A DNA stretch of 64,000 bases, from positions 18,771 through 82,770 of the forward strand of contig JAZRXZ010000052.1 of assembly GCA_045600445.1 (NCBI GenBank), written 5' to 3'. The stretch comes from Bacteroidales bacterium (GTDB taxonomy: Bacteria; Bacteroidota; Bacteroidia; Bacteroidales; UBA3663). The position numbers and the translations under genes were made by a program. Below, piece by piece: positions 62,128 through 64,000 of the stretch (position 1 is its first letter; every line of letters begins with the position of its first letter). The notes below the pieces were generated by a model. The model did not search any database, was not told the origin of the DNA, and saw only the letters and a program-made list of their open reading frames with translations.

Positions 62128-64000
62128 TTAAGCTCCAGGAGCAGCATCATTACCAAGAATAATTTCAGTTGCTTTAGAATTCTTAAGTTTTTCAATTTTT
62201 ACAGCATCACTCTTCTCATTTTTTTTGAGTTTATCGATGATTGGAGTAGACAGACCAGCTGTCTTAGCTTCTTCTGGACCAAGAATATCCATTACGATGA
62301 TTTCATTCTGTCCCTTCTTTAGCCAACAACCAGGACAATACAAAGTCTGCTGAGGGCCAATCTTCCAGAAGCGGCCAAGACAATGACCATTAACCCAAAC
62401 AAAGCCCTTACCCCAAGTGCTCATATCAATGAACGTGTCTCCTACTTTGTTCACTTTAAATGATGCTCTATAATAGCCGGCTTTTTCTCTAACAGTTGCT
62501 TTACGAGGAGTGCGTGTAGGACTTGGATTAACTGTCAATGTTGAAGGATCAAGAGTCTTATAATTTACATTCTTTACATTGTCATAACCATATGGAAGTA
62601 ATGTAATATCCCAATTATTGAGAGAATATACAAGTTCATGACCATTCGACTTAGTAATAAGTTCTACACTCTCAGTAATACCCTTTCTATCATTAATTGC
62701 CTTACTATAATTGATACGCCCCATAGCTTCAACGAAGATCTCCAACTTTGCACCTTCTTTTGTTGCAGGAATCTGAATTGCTTCTTCTTTATCTCCACGG
62801 TATAGTTTACCAATATATTCTCCATCAACGAAAATAGTAGCAAAATCTCTAAGTTCATTCAAATAAAGAACAGAAGGTACATCCGTCTTTGGCAAAGAAC
62901 AAGAATAAATCATTGATCCCCATCCCTGATTCAAAGCTTCCATATTGACAACATGCTCAGACTTCTGAGAAGAAGGAAGATTCTCAAAGATTGGAGCCAT
63001 CTCAGTGAAGGTAAACTCAGGAACCGAAATAATTGGCTTTGCCTTAGGAACTGCAGGCAACTTCGTAGCACTATGCTTCTGAAGCAACTCGCGAAGTTCA
63101 TAATACTTTGGTGTAGCAGCGCCTTGTTCGTTGATTGGAGCATCATAGTCATAACTTGTACAATCAGGCTTATATCCTGGAACATTAGCTCCTGCCCACT
63201 GACCGAACGAAGTACCACCATGAGTCATATAAAGAGAGAAAGAGATATTATTATCAAGCATAGTGCTAATGCCTTCAACCATATCCTTCGCTGGACGTGT
63301 CTCATGTGCATGTCCCCAACCATCAAACCATCCACTCCAGAATTCAGAACACATCAATGGAGAATCTGGTCTTAATTCCTTCAATTTTTTAAACTGTTTT
63401 AATACATCTGTTCCTGTACCAAAATTCATTGTCCATTGAAGATCGTCCAATCCATTAAGTTGGAAATTACTTGACCAGTCACACTGGAACATAACGGTCT
63501 TATCCCAACCTTGTGCACGAAGGCAATCACGAATAGCACTTACATAAGGCTTGTTCTCATCATATGAACCATATTCATTCTCTACTTGAACCATGATAAT
63601 AGGGCCGCCGTTCTGAACTGTAAGAGGAACGAGTTGCTCAGCAACCTTGCTTTCGAAGCGCTTAACCGATTCCATAAAATATGAATCAAGATCACGCAAT
63701 TTTATATCATTCTTCTTCAAGAGCCACCAAGGAAGTCCTCCCATCTCCCATTCAGCACAAACATATGGACCAGGACGAACTATTACATACATACCATGCT
63801 TTTGCGCAAGGCGTACGAACTCTGCGACATCGTTGTTACCCGAAAAATCATAAACTCCTTCTTGTGGTTCATGGGCATTCCAGAAAATATAGATACAAAG
63901 AGCATTCATACCAAGAGATTTACACATCTGGATTCTATGCTCCCAATATTCTCGAGGAATACGAGTATAATGAACTTCTGCAGCCTTTACTGTGAAAGGC
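62128..64000 (-). CDS. Glycoside hydrolase family 35 beta-galactosidase; the N-terminus lies outside the window
   Basis: The frame is open to the window edge (..AAEVHYTRIPREYWEHRIQMCKSLGMNA..). It has the acid/base VENEYGSY and the nucleophile region CSEFWSGW. Confidence 0.9.
   Translation of the reverse strand, partial: PFTVKAAEVHYTRIPREYWEHRIQMCKSLGMNALCIYIFWNAHEPQEGVYDFSGNNDVAEFVRLAQKHGMYVIVRPGPYVCAEWEMGGLPWWLLKKNDIKLRDLDSYFMESVKRFESKVAEQLVPLTVQNGGPIIMVQVENEYGSYDENKPYVSAIRDCLRAQGWDKTVMFQCDWSSNFQLNGLDDLQWTMNFGTGTDVLKQFKKLKELRPDSPLMCSEFWSGWFDGWGHAHETRPAKDMVEGISTMLDNNISFSLYMTHGGTSFGQWAGANVPGYKPDCTSYDYDAPINEQGAATPKYYELRELLQKHSATKLPAVPKAKPIISVPEFTFTEMAPIFENLPSSQKSEHVVNMEALNQGWGSMIYSCSLPKTDVPSVLYLNELRDFATIFVDGEYIGKLYRGDKEEAIQIPATKEGAKLEIFVEAMGRINYSKAINDRKGITESVELITKSNGHELVYSLNNWDITLLPYGYDNVKNVNYKTLDPSTLTVNPSPTRTPRKATVREKAGYYRASFKVNKVGDTFIDMSTWGKGFVWVNGHCLGRFWKIGPQQTLYCPGCWLKKGQNEIIVMDILGPEEAKTAGLSTPIIDKLKKNEKSDAVKIEKLKNSKATEIILGNDAAPGA

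Noticed and set aside
1-64000. tRNA, rRNA, tmRNA or other RNA genes, and integrase/transposase genes
   Set aside because: I scanned intergenic regions by eye for T-loop/anticodon-arm patterns (GGTTCGAATCC-like) and for recombinase motifs in ORFs and found none. A tRNAscan, Infernal or HMM run would be needed to be certain.

Overview
The window looks like a Bacteroidota (Bacteroidales/Prevotella-like) chromosomal segment. The evidence is many exact TAnnTTTG -7 promoter boxes 25-85 nt upstream of start codons, no Shine-Dalgarno sequences, and typical gene content. That content includes three GH3 genes, GH95, GH35, a PadR/PspC pair, an SPFH protein, DoxX/DUF1599/tpiA synteny and HU-like proteins. 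About 45 protein genes are supportable. I found no rRNA, tRNA or CRISPR. Housekeeping blocks: (a) a long minus-strand run relA/spoT - lipoprotein - M18 aminopeptidase - rsmA - dnaG - two SGNH hydrolases - MBOAT (28.9-41.0 kb); (b) queD-queE-folE preceded by a candidate preQ1-I riboswitch; (c) folK-like/folE/SPOR/tpiA/DoxX/DUF1599/HU/clpC. Regions most worth a second look: (1) 15.1-19.9 kb is an integrase-less replicon-like island. It has four phased iterons plus an inverted repeat, a DUF3987/VirE-type primase-helicase and two unknown genes. A 41-bp heptad-repeat element occurs four times there as two inverted pairs, and a shortened fifth copy sits in front of an Arc-like repressor gene at 23.6 kb. 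(2) 25.0-28.6 kb holds a DUF4435 (TOPRIM-like) gene co-transcribed with an ECF-type sigma factor. It is divergent from a sugar-nucleotidyltransferase plus small ABC-type ATPase operon, which resembles a split PARIS/OLD-like ATPase+TOPRIM pair. (3) 28.63-28.84 kb is an array of five hairpins with different stems, four of which carry a conserved GTAC apex; related hairpins occur at 19.6 kb. (4) A GGDEF diguanylate cyclase carries a hybrid-two-component-type periplasmic propeller/Y_Y_Y sensor. (5) Base composition forms a sharp mosaic, about 50-55% GC versus about 27-38% GC by hand counts, starting exactly at the folE/GGDEF junction. All function calls rest on motif recognition by eye; no database search was possible.
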